A stretch of 64,000 bases of DNA from the NCBI RefSeq assembly GCF_023055435.1, contig NW_025964383.1, forward strand, positions 47,740,001 through 47,804,000. The letters are read 5' to 3'. Below the pieces are notes generated by a model. It saw only the letters and a program-made list of their open reading frames with translations. It searched no databases and was not told where the DNA came from. Source of the stretch: Haliotis rufescens. Its lineage: Eukaryota. Shown here one piece after another: positions 12,629 to 26,445 of the stretch. A program made the translations under genes and the position numbers. Position 1 is the stretch's first letter; each line of letters opens with the position of its first letter.

Positions 12629-15063
12629 ACAAAAGTTTGCATTGCCATGAAAACCATGTTGCATCATGAACATGTTTAGAGACATGAACGTTAAACTTGA
12701 TGCTTTGGTATCATGCGGCGTAATGTGAAGCACAACTGGTATCGAGATGCATTTGTTGGACATTGTTAATATTCTGAGCTCTGTAAGAAACAGTCGACAC
12801 CAATGACTTTCTCTCTGGTTGAATGATGAGCATGAGATGGTGAATGGTTTAAAAAATAAACTCATTCATCAGCTGGAGTTTTTCCTTGAATTCCTTTATA
12901 GCTTTCTATTCTTGTGGTGCACAGGAACATTTCTCAAGTGTAATGAAATCAAGTGCAGTTTCTTTACCAAAGTTTGGCCAAGGATTTGGGAGACTCTCTG
13001 AGTTGTGTTGGCCTTAGTCCAACACCCTGCACACAGCCATTGATTGCCCAGGCAATTGGCTTTCAGATTGTATCAGGCATGCCACTTTTTCAGTCTTTTC
13101 ACATACATTTCACAACACAGTGTCTCAGCAAATGTGAATTTTGAAAGTAGGGTTTAATCAGCTGATGGGATTACATTGGACATCTCTGCCAAGGAGGCAG
13201 TCCTGTTTTGTCCGATAGCGGGGGATCATTTGTCATCCTAAGTTGGGCCAAGACAGACTCTGTTAAAATACTGGGGGCACCATACGCACCATTTACTTAA
13301 CTCACCCTCATGGAAATAATTCCTGCAAGATTGCCAATTTGGCGCCAAGTTTGTAGAATTTGAAAAACTGACCAAGTGTTTCTACTTCGCAGGTTTTACC
13401 TCTTTTACCCCCCCAAGAAAATTAAAGTTGAGTTTGTACATTTTTTTAGTCATTGTGGTTATTGAAATTGACTGGATTGATTTAAGTCCTGATCTGCACC
13501 AACAACCTGCAATAAATTGGAACTTTAATCTTTCAAATTTGGTTCACATTCTGCCATGTCAAGCTGAAAGGGCCGAGTGTGATTGTGATTAATTACTGGC
13601 CGTGTTTGTGGAGACAGGTTTACTGCCTACAGAGTGCTGCCTGCCTTGTACCTCCACTAATCTCCCCCTGCTCCTGTTCAGGGATTACAACTGAAACCCC
13701 CAGAAATAAAACCTTTGTCTTTTGTGGGAAAGCTGTGAAAATGAAGGGTTTCAGATTTGGTGACAATAAACAAGGGGGGGGAGATCCGAGTTCATTGCTG
13801 TCAGATTGGTGTGGTCATCTTAACCCTTGGGTGTTTTAGTACACCTTTGAGGGGTACCCTAATCCCTGCAGCCTTCAACAGTAATAAACTGTGCAGGGGG
13901 GAATTAGGCTGTGTGTCCCTGTGTGTGGCTGTGCAGACACAATGTCTAAACTTCCACTTCAGATCAGCTCTGTCTTTTCATATATGGATATTGACGTCAC
14001 AATTGTAGGATGTCAAGAATATAGTCAATGATAAATATTTCAAAAACATTTATGGTAAATGTTTCTGTACAGATAAGAATCACGACCCATGTTTTACCAT
14101 TGTGTCTCCCTACAATATTTTTTGAACACTACTATGTTTCTATTTGACTTTTTGTTCATTTAAAAATACATTATCAGACAGACAGACAGACATCTTATTC
14201 ATGTACGTCACATGGTCCATTTTTCAGTTGACATTTTCATTTTCATGTGTTTAGTCACGTGATGTACATATCTGACAGAGAATATGTTTCAACAATATGG
14301 CTAATGACATTATTTTGATGATTAGTTAACCCAATAAGATGTTTCTGTCTTGTGTCTGTTTGCTGTCTTCACACCTGTTAAGATGGGTATTTAACCTCAT
14401 GATCAAATCTTGTAAATAGCTCTTCAACATACAAGCAAACAATCCTGTTCAAAGGTGTAAACTCACACCTGTAGAAATGAACAAAGCATATAGACTGTGC
14501 AAGTGGCCAGTTGAAAGTGACCATTGACCATCAGAGGTGAAGTAAGCCTCAAGTCGATGTAAAGAACGTCTCAGGGGGGCGTTGATTACAGTTTGCTAGG
14601 TGGGTGAAGGGTTTGCATTTCGCCTCTTCACTTAATCATTGTCGGTAGGTGTACATGAAATTCACACCAGCCTGTCAACAAGCTTTCACAAGGGTTGTTT
14701 AAAGACCTCTCATGTAGCCAGCCTGTGCCGGCCAGGTTAGACCCACAGCCAGCGACCTGCTGACACTCCAGTTTTAGGTATTGCATCAATGCTATAGTTA
14801 GAACATTTGTCAGGTTGGAATGGACATCTCCGCGGCTTGACATGATCTGATTGACTGCTGTTATGGAGGACCAGTATGGTTCATTTGCTAATTGTCGAGG
14901 AATACTTGCCAATATTGAGTTCACTTGCGTATTATGTTATTTAATATGCTGTTTAATCAGAGTCATGGATCTTTGATGTCACATGTGATTCGTTCATGAG
15001 CATCAGTTCACACATCATACCGGTATGTTCGTATGTGCTTGTGTTCCTGGCGTGTGAGCTTTA

Positions 15064-16101
15064 TCACATGTAATATGGGACATCAAGTTTAAGTCGGCTA
15101 CAAAGTGGACAGTTCTTCACATGTAATATGGGACATCTAGTTTAAGACAGCTACAAAGTGGACAGTTCTTCACATGTAATGTAGGACATCTAGTTTAAGA
15201 CGGCTACAAAGTGGACAGTTCTTCACATGTAATATGGGACATCAAGTTTAAGTCGGCTACAAAGTGGACAGTTCTTCACATGTAATATGGGACATCTAGT
15301 TTAAGACAGCTACAAAGTGGACAGTTCTTCACATGTAATGTAGGACATCTAGTTTAAGACGGCTACAAAGTGGACAGTTCTTCACATGTAATATGGGACA
15401 TTTAGTTTAAGACGGCTACAAAGTGGACAGTTCTTCACATGTAATATGGGACATCCAGTTTAAGACAGCTACAAAGTGGACAGTTCTTCACATGTAATGT
15501 AGGACATCTAGTTTAAGATGGCTACAAAGTGGACAGTTCTTCACATGTAATATGGGACATTTAGTTTAAGACGGCTACAAAGTGGACAGTTCTTCACATG
15601 TAATATGGGACATCTAGTTTAAGACGGCTACAAAGTGGACAGTTCTTCACATGTAATGTAGGACATCTAGTTTAAGACGGCTACAAAGTGGACAGTTCTT
15701 CACATGTAATATGGGACATCTAAGTTTAAGACGGCTACAAAGTGGACAGTTCTTCACATGTAATATGGGACATCTAGTTTAAGACAGCTACAAAGTGGAC
15801 AGTTCTTCACATGTAATGTAGGACATCTAGTTTAAGACGGCTACAAAGTGGACAGTTCTTCACATGTAATATGGGACATCTAGTTTAAGACAGCTACAAA
15901 GTGGACAGTTCTTCACATGTAATGTAGGACATCTAGTTTAAGACAGCTACAAAGTGGACAGTTCTTCACATGTAATATGGGACATCTAGTTTAAGACGGC
16001 TACAAAGTGGACAGTTCTTCACATGTAATATGGGACATCTAGTTTAAGACGGCTACAAAGTGGACAGTTCTTCACATGTAATATGGGACATCTAGTTTAA
16101 G
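15064..16101. repeat. Minisatellite, 53-bp unit x ~19-20
   Basis: Unit cacatgtaatatgggacatctagtttaagacggctacaaagtggacagttctt. Confidence 0.95.
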
Positions 16102-17437
16102 TGTTCAGGTCATGTGATGGCTACATGTGTGACAGGGACTTGCAGTTGGTCCGGTCACCTGTACAGGTAGGACCACAGGATTAAGGGGTTTAGTAGTCAG
16201 CTGATAATTGACCCATCCCTCCTCCTAATGCACTTGGAGAGCTTAATGTTAGATAACCTTAATCCCGGAGCATGGCGTACCAGGTAGAAGGTTAATGGTT
16301 TTATCCAAATTGTTTGACAGAAAATAAATTGCTTTCTTTGAGGAAGGTAGATTTAATTGTGAAAGGGTCTGTTACATCTGAATCTTGAAAACCATTTTTG
16401 TGTGGTGCTAAATACCTCTTTAAGATCTTGTGAAGATCACAGGGATTATTTCTCCTGACTGGCTTCAACACAGTTGCTTTAATGTGACTAACTATGTTTT
16501 AATCAAAGGATTTGAGGGTTGTCATAGGGATTTGAGCACGGGTGTTAGTCGGACACAATGACTGAATGGTTGAAGATTGGGGACGTTTTCAGCAATGATG
16601 AATAACCCTCTACACTTAATCACACTGACCATTGGCTTCCTCTTAAATCAGCGGTCAAGTGTGATAATGTCAAGCTTGCACAATAAACACGAGTAGCTGG
16701 GGGGTGTGGGACATCGGCTGGTGGGAATCAGGAATTCGGGCCTTTCTCTCGTTGTTGTTCCGCCTTTGGGTTCAGATTGTACCTTTTTGCGTGTTTAAAG
16801 GATCGTTATCGCTAGGGGGTGGACGATAGGCTGATTTCCGGACACTCTTTTATTCAGAACATCGCTGTCTTTGTGTGGACGGGGTAACGTTGGTATGTCT
16901 GGCATCCACTGGCCATTCATGCTGGCCCACACAAATGTTGGTGAGTGGACCCAGAGCTTGTGTGTCTAGGCCCGGTGACAGTGTTCCACACTTACCTGCT
17001 AACTCTCCAGACCCATATCACGGGGTTAGGTCTGCCCTTGGTGGACAAGAGGCGTGTTTGGCTGCAGATTAAAGTGTTGAGTCATTGCTATGTGCTGATG
17101 AGACTCCCAGCGTCAGCGTCGATCTCTTCCTCAAGGCCTTCCACCGTTTTTATCTGCATTTTTCTTGGGCTGCAAACTGCTGATTTCTTTTTACTTTTTA
17201 ATTAAGTAAGGATTATGTTTTAGTTTACAAGAAACTTGAGTTGAGTTTTTCATATTGTTCAGTTCATATTGTGTTGTTAGTTTCAGAAATATTTGATCAT
17301 TATTAATATGATTTATTTTTCACAGAATTGTTGTAGAGTAGGCAATTAATTAGGTTCTCAAAAATAAGTGATAGATAAGGTATTTCATGTCAGTGCTATC
17401 TTTTTGGAATATACAAATAAAGATCTTACTTCCTGAC

Positions 17438-17545
17438 TTTGAGTCAATTACTGGATTGTCTGGTCCAGGCTTGATTATTCACAGACTGCCATCATATAGC
17501 TGGAATATTGCTGAGTGCGCCGTTTAACAACAAACACAACAAAAT
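17438..17545 (+). mobile_element. 5'-truncated family A copy
   Basis: gtcaattactggattgtctggtccaggcttgattattcacagactgccatcatatagctggaatattgctgagtgcgccgtttaacaacaaac. Confidence 0.7.
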
Positions 17546-17602
17546 CATGGCATTGAATATGTATTGCACCTCCGGTCCATGAGTGGGACAACAGTGTGAC
17601 AG

Positions 17603-17725
17603 ACGCCACGCCACGCCACGCCACCCCACACCACCATGCCGACATACCACACCACACCACACCACACCACACCACACCACTACACACCACTACACACCAC
17701 ACCACACCACACCACACCACACCAC
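17603..17725. repeat. (CCACG)n/(CCACA)n pentanucleotide microsatellite
   Basis: Seen directly in the sequence. Confidence 0.9.
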
Positions 17726-18769
17726 GTCAGGAATGCACACTAGGGGCAATGGATATTATTATACCTTTGAAGTTGAAATTCTCCAGGTAACGTTAGTAAA
17801 GTCACACAATCCACCTCGTCCCCTCCACACTGTCCTAGACACAAATATTCAATGTAAATAATGAAAAAATCCCTGTCATTGAAGCAGCCATCATGGCCGA
17901 TATAGGTTTCTAGTTTCCAGCCGCAACACAGTGCCGCAGTCATGTGCCGGTGTTGTAAACTTGTCTAATGGAAACCTTCAAGCAGGTCGAAAGGGGCACG
18001 GAGAATAAAGTCGACTATCGCTACCGACTCGTTTGGGTAAATAGATTACTGGTTGGCTAACACACTTGAATAGATTCCCCATACAGGGCTGTGTTTGGTG
18101 TGTGCTGGGTTTTAAACTTGCAAGCCGTGAACAATGCTCTTCACCTACACACAGAGTCCACTCTCTCACAGCGTATTGTGGCTGGGGAATGTTGTGTGGT
18201 GATACTTACATCCAGCTATGCGCCTGTATCTGATGTAAGCGTGTCATCAATGAATATGAACTATGCTAGTGCCTCTAGTGTTCACAAGAGCCCCTGTACA
18301 AGCGCTCACATTGTGAAATGTTGAATATATGTTTGAGGGTTTTGGAATGGAATTAATTTTATGTTATCGGGAAAAGTCCTTTCTGTTGAATTCAGCTTTT
18401 TATTTGACAGGGAAATAGGTTGTGTGTTGTTCAAGTATTAGTTGGGCTGATATTTGTCATTTGACAGGGAAATAGGTTGTGTGTTGTTCAAGTATTAGTT
18501 GGGCTGATATTTGTCATTTGGCGGTTCTCTTTTTGCTTCATCTGCTCCAAATATTGGGTCACAAAATGTGAAGATGTTCACTGGTGTGAGGTTGTTAACT
18601 GATGTGAAGATGTTCACTGGTGTGAGGTTGTTAACTGGTGTGAGGTTGTTAACTGATGTGAAGATGTTCACTGGCGTGAGGTTGTTAACCGACGTGAGGA
18701 TGTAAACTGGTGTGTTGAACATCAAGTAGTGTTCCCATCTGTCTGTCCTCAATGTGATGTTAGATGTGT

Positions 18770-18988
18770 AAGGCACGGCATGTCATTAGGGAGTGCTGCA
18801 GCCCAGATGTGTCAGAATCCTATGATGATGGGTTTGACTCCCACATGCGTCTGATTGTAGGTTTGTCTGCGCCATGCCCGTGGTACACACGGTTTTTCTG
18901 TTCTCCTCCCTCATCAAGCTGACAGGCTGTGACAGAAGGGAAACATTGCTCAAACCGGCGTTAATCCAAGTTCAGTAACTCACTCACT
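18770..18988 (+). mobile_element. Degenerate SINE related to family C
   Basis: B-box-like gggtttgactcc, then aggtttgtc...ctcctccctcatcaagctgac...aacattgctcaaaccggcgttaatccaa...actcactcact. Confidence 0.5.
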
Positions 18989-21900
18989 GAACATTACTTG
19001 TATGCACTATGCGAGTGTTGTATGGAGTCAATGTCACAGTGTCAAGTAGACGGATGTCACTCACACGTAGCCAGTCTTTGTTGTAGACTATGGACTAATC
19101 TAAGCAGTAAGCTCACTAAGATCATTAAGTCCACGGATATACCTCCCTTGCAGAGTGGCTTACATAAACAGTTTGATAACGGATTAACTAAAGTGGCTGC
19201 TTAATCCTTTGTTGGTTACACAACCCTCTAATTACAAAGTCTTTGATATTGACAAGAAAGGGCTGTCACGCTTGTTCAAACAGTTTTATCAATTAACCCA
19301 CATTGCTGAAAACACGTCTGTGATATCCTGATGTTGCAGTGTGTTTATTTAAGGGTTTAATCAATTAAAATAAATCTCAGGAGTTGAGGAGTTGTTACAA
19401 TCGAGCTCCTCTGTCCTTGTTGCCTTTTTTGGGCATCATTTTGGAAGATATGATTCAAAATGTGTGTATTGGGATTAGTATTTAGGGAAGTAGCACCCAC
19501 TGGTGGCGAGACATATTAGTGCTTGTTTGAAGTTGATATTTGTCACTGTCAAACTTTAAGAGCTCTTACATACTAAATGTCTGAATTTTGTGAAATATTG
19601 TTCTAATTTGAGATACTGTTTGACATCATGAAAGAGTGCTTTTGTAAAAATTGCAGATTGAAGATTCATCTCACAAAGTTTAATATTACACGTGTGGATT
19701 TGACAAAGTAAATGTCTTGGTCTTGATTTCTACCTTAACTCAAATGTAGTTTACAAATGTGGGTATTTATTTCATCTTAACCGATCCAGTTACCAATATT
19801 ATTACTTTTATTTTGTCATAACCATTATTGACCACTGTTACAGCTCAGACAAGTAGTTTTATCAGAGTAACTTGTACACAAAATCCATGAGATGGCGTCA
19901 TTAGGGCGTCCATTTCAGGAGTAACAACGCCTATTTCAGCAGGCTACAGATCCATACATTGATCAGCTGATCAGTCAGTTTCTAATGGTGCTGATTAAGG
20001 ATGCCTTGACCTGCGTGGAGTGAGCACCTCGTCAGCAGCACCTGCAGGAGGCTGGCCATGCAGTGAGCACCTCGTCAGTATTCCTGCACCATGACTGTCG
20101 AATTTATATTTTTAGGTATTTTTTTTTTTTTTTAAACTAGGCAAGTCTAGATAAAACTAACCAAGTCTAGTTTGCTTGATTCCACAGAAGAGGAGAGGTT
20201 CTTTCGAAGAAAGTTTTAAAATTATTTTAAAGACATGTTTCAATTGAAGTGTTGATCTAGAGCAACAGCCCCAGGGGTCTGGCCACGCAGACCTGTTGGC
20301 CCAGCGGTACAAACTGAAGTGTTAAGTCCACTCCTCCTCATGTCCTCCTTATGGTGATAACATGGAAAAAACCCTTAAAAATAAATTCTATTTAGGCCAG
20401 GCTTAGGTGTTTATAGATAATAATAATCTAAAATCTGACGATGGCATTTCATTGTTATTTTTGTTGTCAAAGCCACCCTTATCGCTGGTAGTATTATAAA
20501 ACCTTGTTTTTCTTATTTTAGCCTTTTCTGAATTTCCTATTTTTGAGGCAGATCTGTAGACCAGGGAAAAGATTGTTCAAGGACTTCATAGGATTGTGAT
20601 GTATGATGCAGATTGATTTAAATCGTGAATTTATTCACTCAGATATTTGTGGTTGTCCTAAAGTTCATCAAATTGTTGTGGAAACAAGCAGTGCAGGTGA
20701 AAGGTATTAAGTTTCAATCCTTGTCTCCTCAAGAGAGGCAATTAAACAATGTTGCTACGGCATCCCATTTCTGTATTTGACTACCACTGAAGCAAACACC
20801 AGCAAAAGCACTCAAGGGCAGGTAACTCTCATTCCCACACCTCAAACTGTGATAGTATCTATCTATTTCAGCCCCTCCAGCATGCCATCTGTCAGGCATA
20901 TCCACACAATACCAAGATGGAACATTTAGTCATGTTGGAGATTCCCAGACCATGGATGATAGAAGGGGGTTTGAGGGGGAGAGGGGGGTCACGTAGGTCT
21001 TTGTACTTGATTGCTGGAAGGAAACACTACCAAACTGTTACTAAAGCTGGGCAAACATTTGCTGATAGATTCCAAAGTTTGGGCTTCTTGATAAGTCAAG
21101 ATGGCCCCAACTCAGGATATGAATATGGTTGTATTTGATGGATTTGTGTGGGGAGAATTGTTTGAAGAGCCTAGACATAGTGGTATGCACTAACAAGGAA
21201 ATTCTTTCAATTGCCTCTGAGAAGTATATTGTATCTGGACAGATTGTTGATTTAGTTGGTGTCTGAGAAATATAGAGTATCCAGCATTTAGCATTGGTCA
21301 GATTATTGATTTAAGTGGTGTCTGAGAAATATAGCGTATCTATCATTTAGAGTCGCACAATTGGGTGATTTCAGCCGTCTATGAAATTGAAAGAATCGGG
21401 CAGGAATCTAAAACTGCAGACCAACATTAGAGTTTAGAGTGTTAAATTAAATATTCATCAAACAGACTGTTTCAGGGTACATTTCTGCTTTTTCTGTGGT
21501 TTTTCGATAATCATGAATTATCTAGATACAATTACAGGAAGTAAACAGTATACTTGTGAATGATGAGTATTTGTAACATGGAGTCAGGCAACGAGCAGAG
21601 TCACTGTATCCTGGAAGGGTATCATCAAGTTTACTAATATCTCTTGTTCAAGAGGATTGTTGTGTGATCAGTGGCACTGACAGTGTATGATATACAACAC
21701 TAGAAGAAATATTATACCTCTTGATATCTCAGTAATTTGTGGACAAAATCTTTGTGTCAAAATAATAAAATGATCAATGAAACTATTTTGTAAACTGCAG
21801 CAAGTATGTTTGGATGTTACGTTTGAACAAGCCCATAAAAGTGTATTGTTTCAGTCTGATCCCCAAGCTTTCAAAACTATGTCAACAGATATGAAACTGT

Positions 21901-22503
21901 AACGAATACCATGTGGCAGTGTTGCAGGAACGGTCTTTCAGTGTTCAAAATTAAGATGAGTCCATGAATCTTATCATTTGTGTTACAACAAACCCTTTGA
22001 TTTTCTTTATGAATTAATCATATTCATGGCCACACAAGGGTTAACAGTGAAGTGTTTTCTCAAAACAAATTGTCAGGATAAACTACTGGATGGCAAATTT
22101 TCTGATGGCCATTGCTGATAGAGGTTTTCCATTGTTTTGTTGGGCTAGTGTTACCACGGCAACTGATCCGGTTCCAGTCCCAGCTCGACAGGGCATGCTT
22201 GAACCTGGGACATGTTGTGGGGAGCCGGGCATTGCTGTGATAACATCGCCCTGCTCTACTGACATTTTCTGGGTATAAGTGTTGCTTGAAAATTGCAATG
22301 TGTATCTGATAGGAAGGTTGTTTATGTGGAGGTGGGAAAAGAATTCAACTCTTTTTCAGGCGTCAGATACCAAATTGTTGGGTTGTCAATTATACGAAGA
22401 TTAGGATGTTAATGTGTCATATCTGATATTAGATATTCTGAAAATAAACATAATTGAGGTTGTTATGAAATAAAATTAGAGTGTAAGTGTAGAATATTTA
22501 TTA

Positions 22504-22677
22504 CAGTAAACTATGGTCATAACAAACACACCTGTAACAAACTGACCAATATAACCATCTTATTTTTTGTCCCGGCCATTTGTTGTATATATGCTGTATA
22601 TATGCTCATAACGAACTATGGTTATTACAAACTAAAATTAGTGGTACCTTTGAGTTCGTTATAACCGTAGTGTACTG
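22504..22677. mobile_element. Tc1/mariner-pogo type MITE (174 bp)
   Basis: TA|CAGTAAACTATGGTCATAACAAAC ... GTTCGTTATAACCGTAGTGTACTG|TA: imperfect ~24-bp TIRs with TA TSD. Confidence 0.75.
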
Positions 22678-23061
22678 TAGTTAGCTTGGATGATGATGGC
22701 AAAACAGGCCACCATACTTTCTGAAGTGGCTGCCCACTTGCACAGAAGTGAATTGCATATGAATTATTTCCTGCCCACTCCTGTGTCAGAAGAGACACTG
22801 CTACCAAGCCTGTTGTGAATGACAGTGAAGTCATAGTAGGTTGTCTATTTCACTGGTTATGAACCAGATTTCATTGTCGCTGCCCACACGTTCCAGCTTC
22901 ATCTACAACCTATGTGTCACCTGGCCTGGGGCGAGGAGGTGTGTGTGAAAGTCCTGTACATTTCATACGTGAACACAACCACCCTCTGACACGAGCAGGA
23001 AACACTCACCACTCCAAACATACATTCCATCATACACTGTGTATTGTTTATCCTATTAAAC

Positions 23062-23342
23062 GGGGGGGGGGGGGGGACATGGGTGGCCCAGTCATCTAAG
23101 GCACCGTGATTCGCTGTGCAGAGTTGTGTCCCTTGGGCATGCCAGAAACCTATTAATTGTGGGTTCAAATCCCGGTTTGTTTCTAGGTTTGTCAGCACCA
23201 TACTCGTGCTTGTTGGTTTCACCGAAGTGGTAAATGTCTAAGACCTGCATCACTTCGGGCTTTCCTCCCACATTAAGCTGACACGCCGTGATATAACTGG
23301 AATACTGTTAAAAGAAGCCTTAACCCCAACTCACTCACTCAC
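23062..23342 (+). mobile_element. tRNA-derived SINE family C, full-length
   Basis: A box GGTGGCCCAGTCATCTAAGG, B box GGGTTCAAATCCC, (ACTC)n tail. 12-bp TSD ttatcctattaa (23048-23059) / ttatcatattaa (23343-23354). Confidence 0.85.
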
Positions 23343-23969
23343 TTATCATATTAAGCAATTTGGGGATTTGAACTGGGTCATTTTCGAAAAGAATATGTTT
23401 GTGGTTTTCTATGTGATATGACATTCATTTATCACACACTGCCATTTGACATGATAGTTCATATTGAAATGAATTTTCCGTGTCATAAAAGTGATCCTTG
23501 AGCGTGCAACATCAGACAGTTTCAGCTTATTTATGACTCACTTCAGTGTTAAGAAGGACCTGGAAGAGTTTAGTCGAACATGTGCCCAGATCAATTCTTT
23601 CATGTTGGGCTTTGAAGTGGCTTCAAAACACCAGCATTATTTTGTGTTGATGGTAATTGGTTATGAACAAGAGATATGTTGTTGGCTGCGGAGGCTGACA
23701 TGATGCTGGCTGGAAATTGACCTTTCCTCATCACAAAAAGGATCTGCTGATTTCTGGATTTCCGTGTTTTTTTAGATAATGGTTAATAAAGTTATATATT
23801 TAGCTGTATTGTTCAGATGTGTCAGGTTGGGCTGTGTATTACATGGCTGGATGGGGCAGATTGTGTTTGGTGTGAGGTGCGGGCTGGGTTATATATACTG
23901 TTCTACTGTATGAGAACCCTCTAACGAAACATTGCTCTGCTACTTGAGGCTTCTTTCTGTAGTGGGTGG

Positions 23970-24132
23970 GGTGGTGGGGTAGCATGGTGGATAAAGTGTT
24001 CGCTCATCACGCTGAAGACCCGGGTTTCAATTTCCCACATGGGTACAATGTATGATACCAATTTCTGGTGTCCCCCGTGATATTGCTGGAATATTGCTAA
24101 AAGCACGTAAAACCATACCCACTCATACACTC
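23970..24132 (+). mobile_element. tRNA-Asp-like short SINE family B, full-length
   Basis: tagcatggtggataaagtgttcgctcatcacgctgaagacccgggtttcaatttccc head and gatattgctggaatattgctaaaagc...actc tail. Confidence 0.75.
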
Positions 24133-24949
24133 CTGTTGTGGATGCCTGTGTTATCAGACATTACATCAAGAAGCATCCTAGTCTTTGAGCTGTGAAAATT
24201 GTGTGATAAAACACACAAGAAATGTTAAAGAGCGTTTTCCTTGCTGTCATTGTCAGACAGTAAGGGACCACAAACTCCATAACGTATGTAGATTATACAC
24301 ACTGTACACAAGTCTCTGGCTATAATAGATGTTGATTTCCGGATGTTTTGACAGATATCAACCTGCCTGGTAGCTATATCTGGTGGCCTCCATCTGCACA
24401 CTGCTACACATTTCATAACGCTGGCCCTGACTAGTGAATGAGCTGTGCTCCAAGCCACGGGGTCAGGTGTTTAAGACAGGCTGATAGTGACAAACTGCAT
24501 ATGCTGTGCCTGGCTTGGCAGTACAGCTCAAATGTAGGTTTCACTGAAATAGACGGGATCCAAGTAGATGTATATTTCACTGAAATTTACGAGTGTCTTT
24601 TTCAAGACATTAGTGTCTTTGTTTTTGCTGCATTAGTCTGGAGGTGGATGCGGTCGTTCTGTAGACTCTGTCTTGTGTTTCAAACCTTCCCATTACCTTG
24701 TGCTTGGTGTTTAAGTAGGCATGTAATATTCTAATTTAGGCAGAAAATTATGACTTTTTTCTTTTCTTATTCACATCATCTGTTTACAGTGCAAAATATA
24801 GTCAACGTGGCATATTATTAACAAAATCTGTTTACAGTGCAAAATATTGTCAATGTGGATGTCTTATTAATATCATGTGTGTCTCAAGTCGAAGCAAACC
24901 ATTACAATACCGGTCCCAATAGACTCACATCTCGTCTCTGAAATCTTAC

Positions 24950-25299
24950 GACTGCCTCCGTGGTCTTGTGGTAGAGCGTCCGCCCGGAGAGCGGAAGGTC
25001 CAGGGTTTGATCCCAGGCCGCGTCATACAAAAAGACGTTAAAAGATTGTACTTGTTGTTACCCTGTCTGGCGCTCGGCATTAAGGGGCTAAAACAAGGAC
25101 TGGTCGGCTCGGAGTCAGTATACTGTGTCTGAGTGGGGTATTCATGTTAAACTGCGGCATGGTATCTCAGTGAGCTAGCACTATAAATCGGCATCGGTCC
25201 GGACTAGTACAAGCAGCCACACATACACGTGCATGCACGTCGCTATATAAGTGCAATAATCTTGGACGCGACGTTAAACCCAATTTCACCTCACCTCAC
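24950..25299 (+). mobile_element. tRNA-derived SINE with Meta/MESC-like central domain, full-length
   Basis: tRNA-like head (gtggtcttgtggtagagcg...agggtttgatccc). Central gtcatacaaaaagacgttaaaagattgtacttgttg...ggcgctcggcattaagg...cagtgagctagcactataaa resembles molluscan MetaSINEs (from recall). (CACCT)n tail and perfect 14-bp TSD ctctgaaatcttac (24936-24949 / 25300-25313). Confidence 0.88.
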
Positions 25300-25313
25300 C
25301 TCTGAAATCTTAC

Positions 25314-25470
25314 AGAAAAAAAACAGTTGTTGAATTATCTTAAGAAAAATATAATAAAAAAGATCCCACAGACTCACTTCATTTTCAGATGATACTGCAG
25401 TAATCTAGACTTGCCAAACATTATAGACTTGCTTGGGCTGTATTGGAAATATTTGTTTCAGGGTCTGTGT
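25314..25470 (-). repeat. Interspersed repeat family D (interrupted by the SINE at 24950)
   Basis: Reverse complement acagaccctgaaacaaatatttccaatacagcccaagcaagtctataatgtttggcaagtctagattactgcagtatc matches 32817-32900 and 47070-47150. Confidence 0.7.
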
Positions 25471-26445
25471 GACAGACCACAGTCTCAAGACCAAGGCGTT
25501 CTGTCATGATCCCTGCTCTAAACAAAGGGATTAATTTGTAGGAAATTGTTGTATTGAAACAGCGGTCAATAGAGGTAGTATCAGATTGTTGTCGATGGAG
25601 CAACCCAGGCCCAGCCCTCCATGGGAGAAGCCCATAACTTGGCTAATTGCCAGCGACTCATTGTGTCTTTGGCCAACAGTGTTTACAGATGTGGGGATTT
25701 CCATGAGGTTTTTCAAAGCGCCCCACGTTCCAGCCATCTGGAGTGGGGGGTGACGAGGAGGGGGAATGGGGGGTGACGGGAGGGGAACTGAGGGTGCTGC
25801 TGCAGATAGGACCTGTCATCTCCTGTTTATCGTTTGTTTACACTGGGAATCAGAGGTTCTTTGGTCCAGGAGGGGTCCAGTGATTGAGCTAATTTTCCAC
25901 ACTGAAATCACAAATTTACAGGACCACTAGGTTTGTTTTCAGTTTGTCATGATTTGGGAAAGAAATAGATGAAAGGATTTGTAGAATATCCATTTTTGTG
26001 AGAAGAACCATGGTAGATGGGTAATCAGTGAAATCTCTGTTTCTCTGTTTTTGTGAAAACTATTTCAAGAGCTTATTTATAAAAGCCATCCGGACTTTCC
26101 TATTTAATCTATCTAGACTTTTTGAGTGAACTTTGACAAACAAATGATAGTCTTGATACAGAAATATCTATTGGGTAGTGGCATGAAGTGTTATCACAAA
26201 CTTTTCAGAGACCGGTATTGGAGTTGACAGGATTGTAGAGAGTGTAGATATGTTCCCTAATCATGTGATGTTTCACAGGAAGTTTGTCAAGTGGTGGCTG
26301 GATGTATTGACAAAGCATGACAGGCCATGAAACAGGCCTTTGAAAAGTCAATATTTTCATTGCACCCCACTTCCTTGTGGTCGTGTCCCAGTTTCTGTTC
26401 AACTGGATATAGGTTGGTGATGGCTAGGAGGATGGCTTGACGGGG

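Noticed and set aside
24950-25025. Functional tRNA genes here and at 23970, 40372 and 42453
   Set aside because: tRNA-like heads run into SINE bodies and tails, some with TSDs, and show mismatched stems and degenerate boxes.
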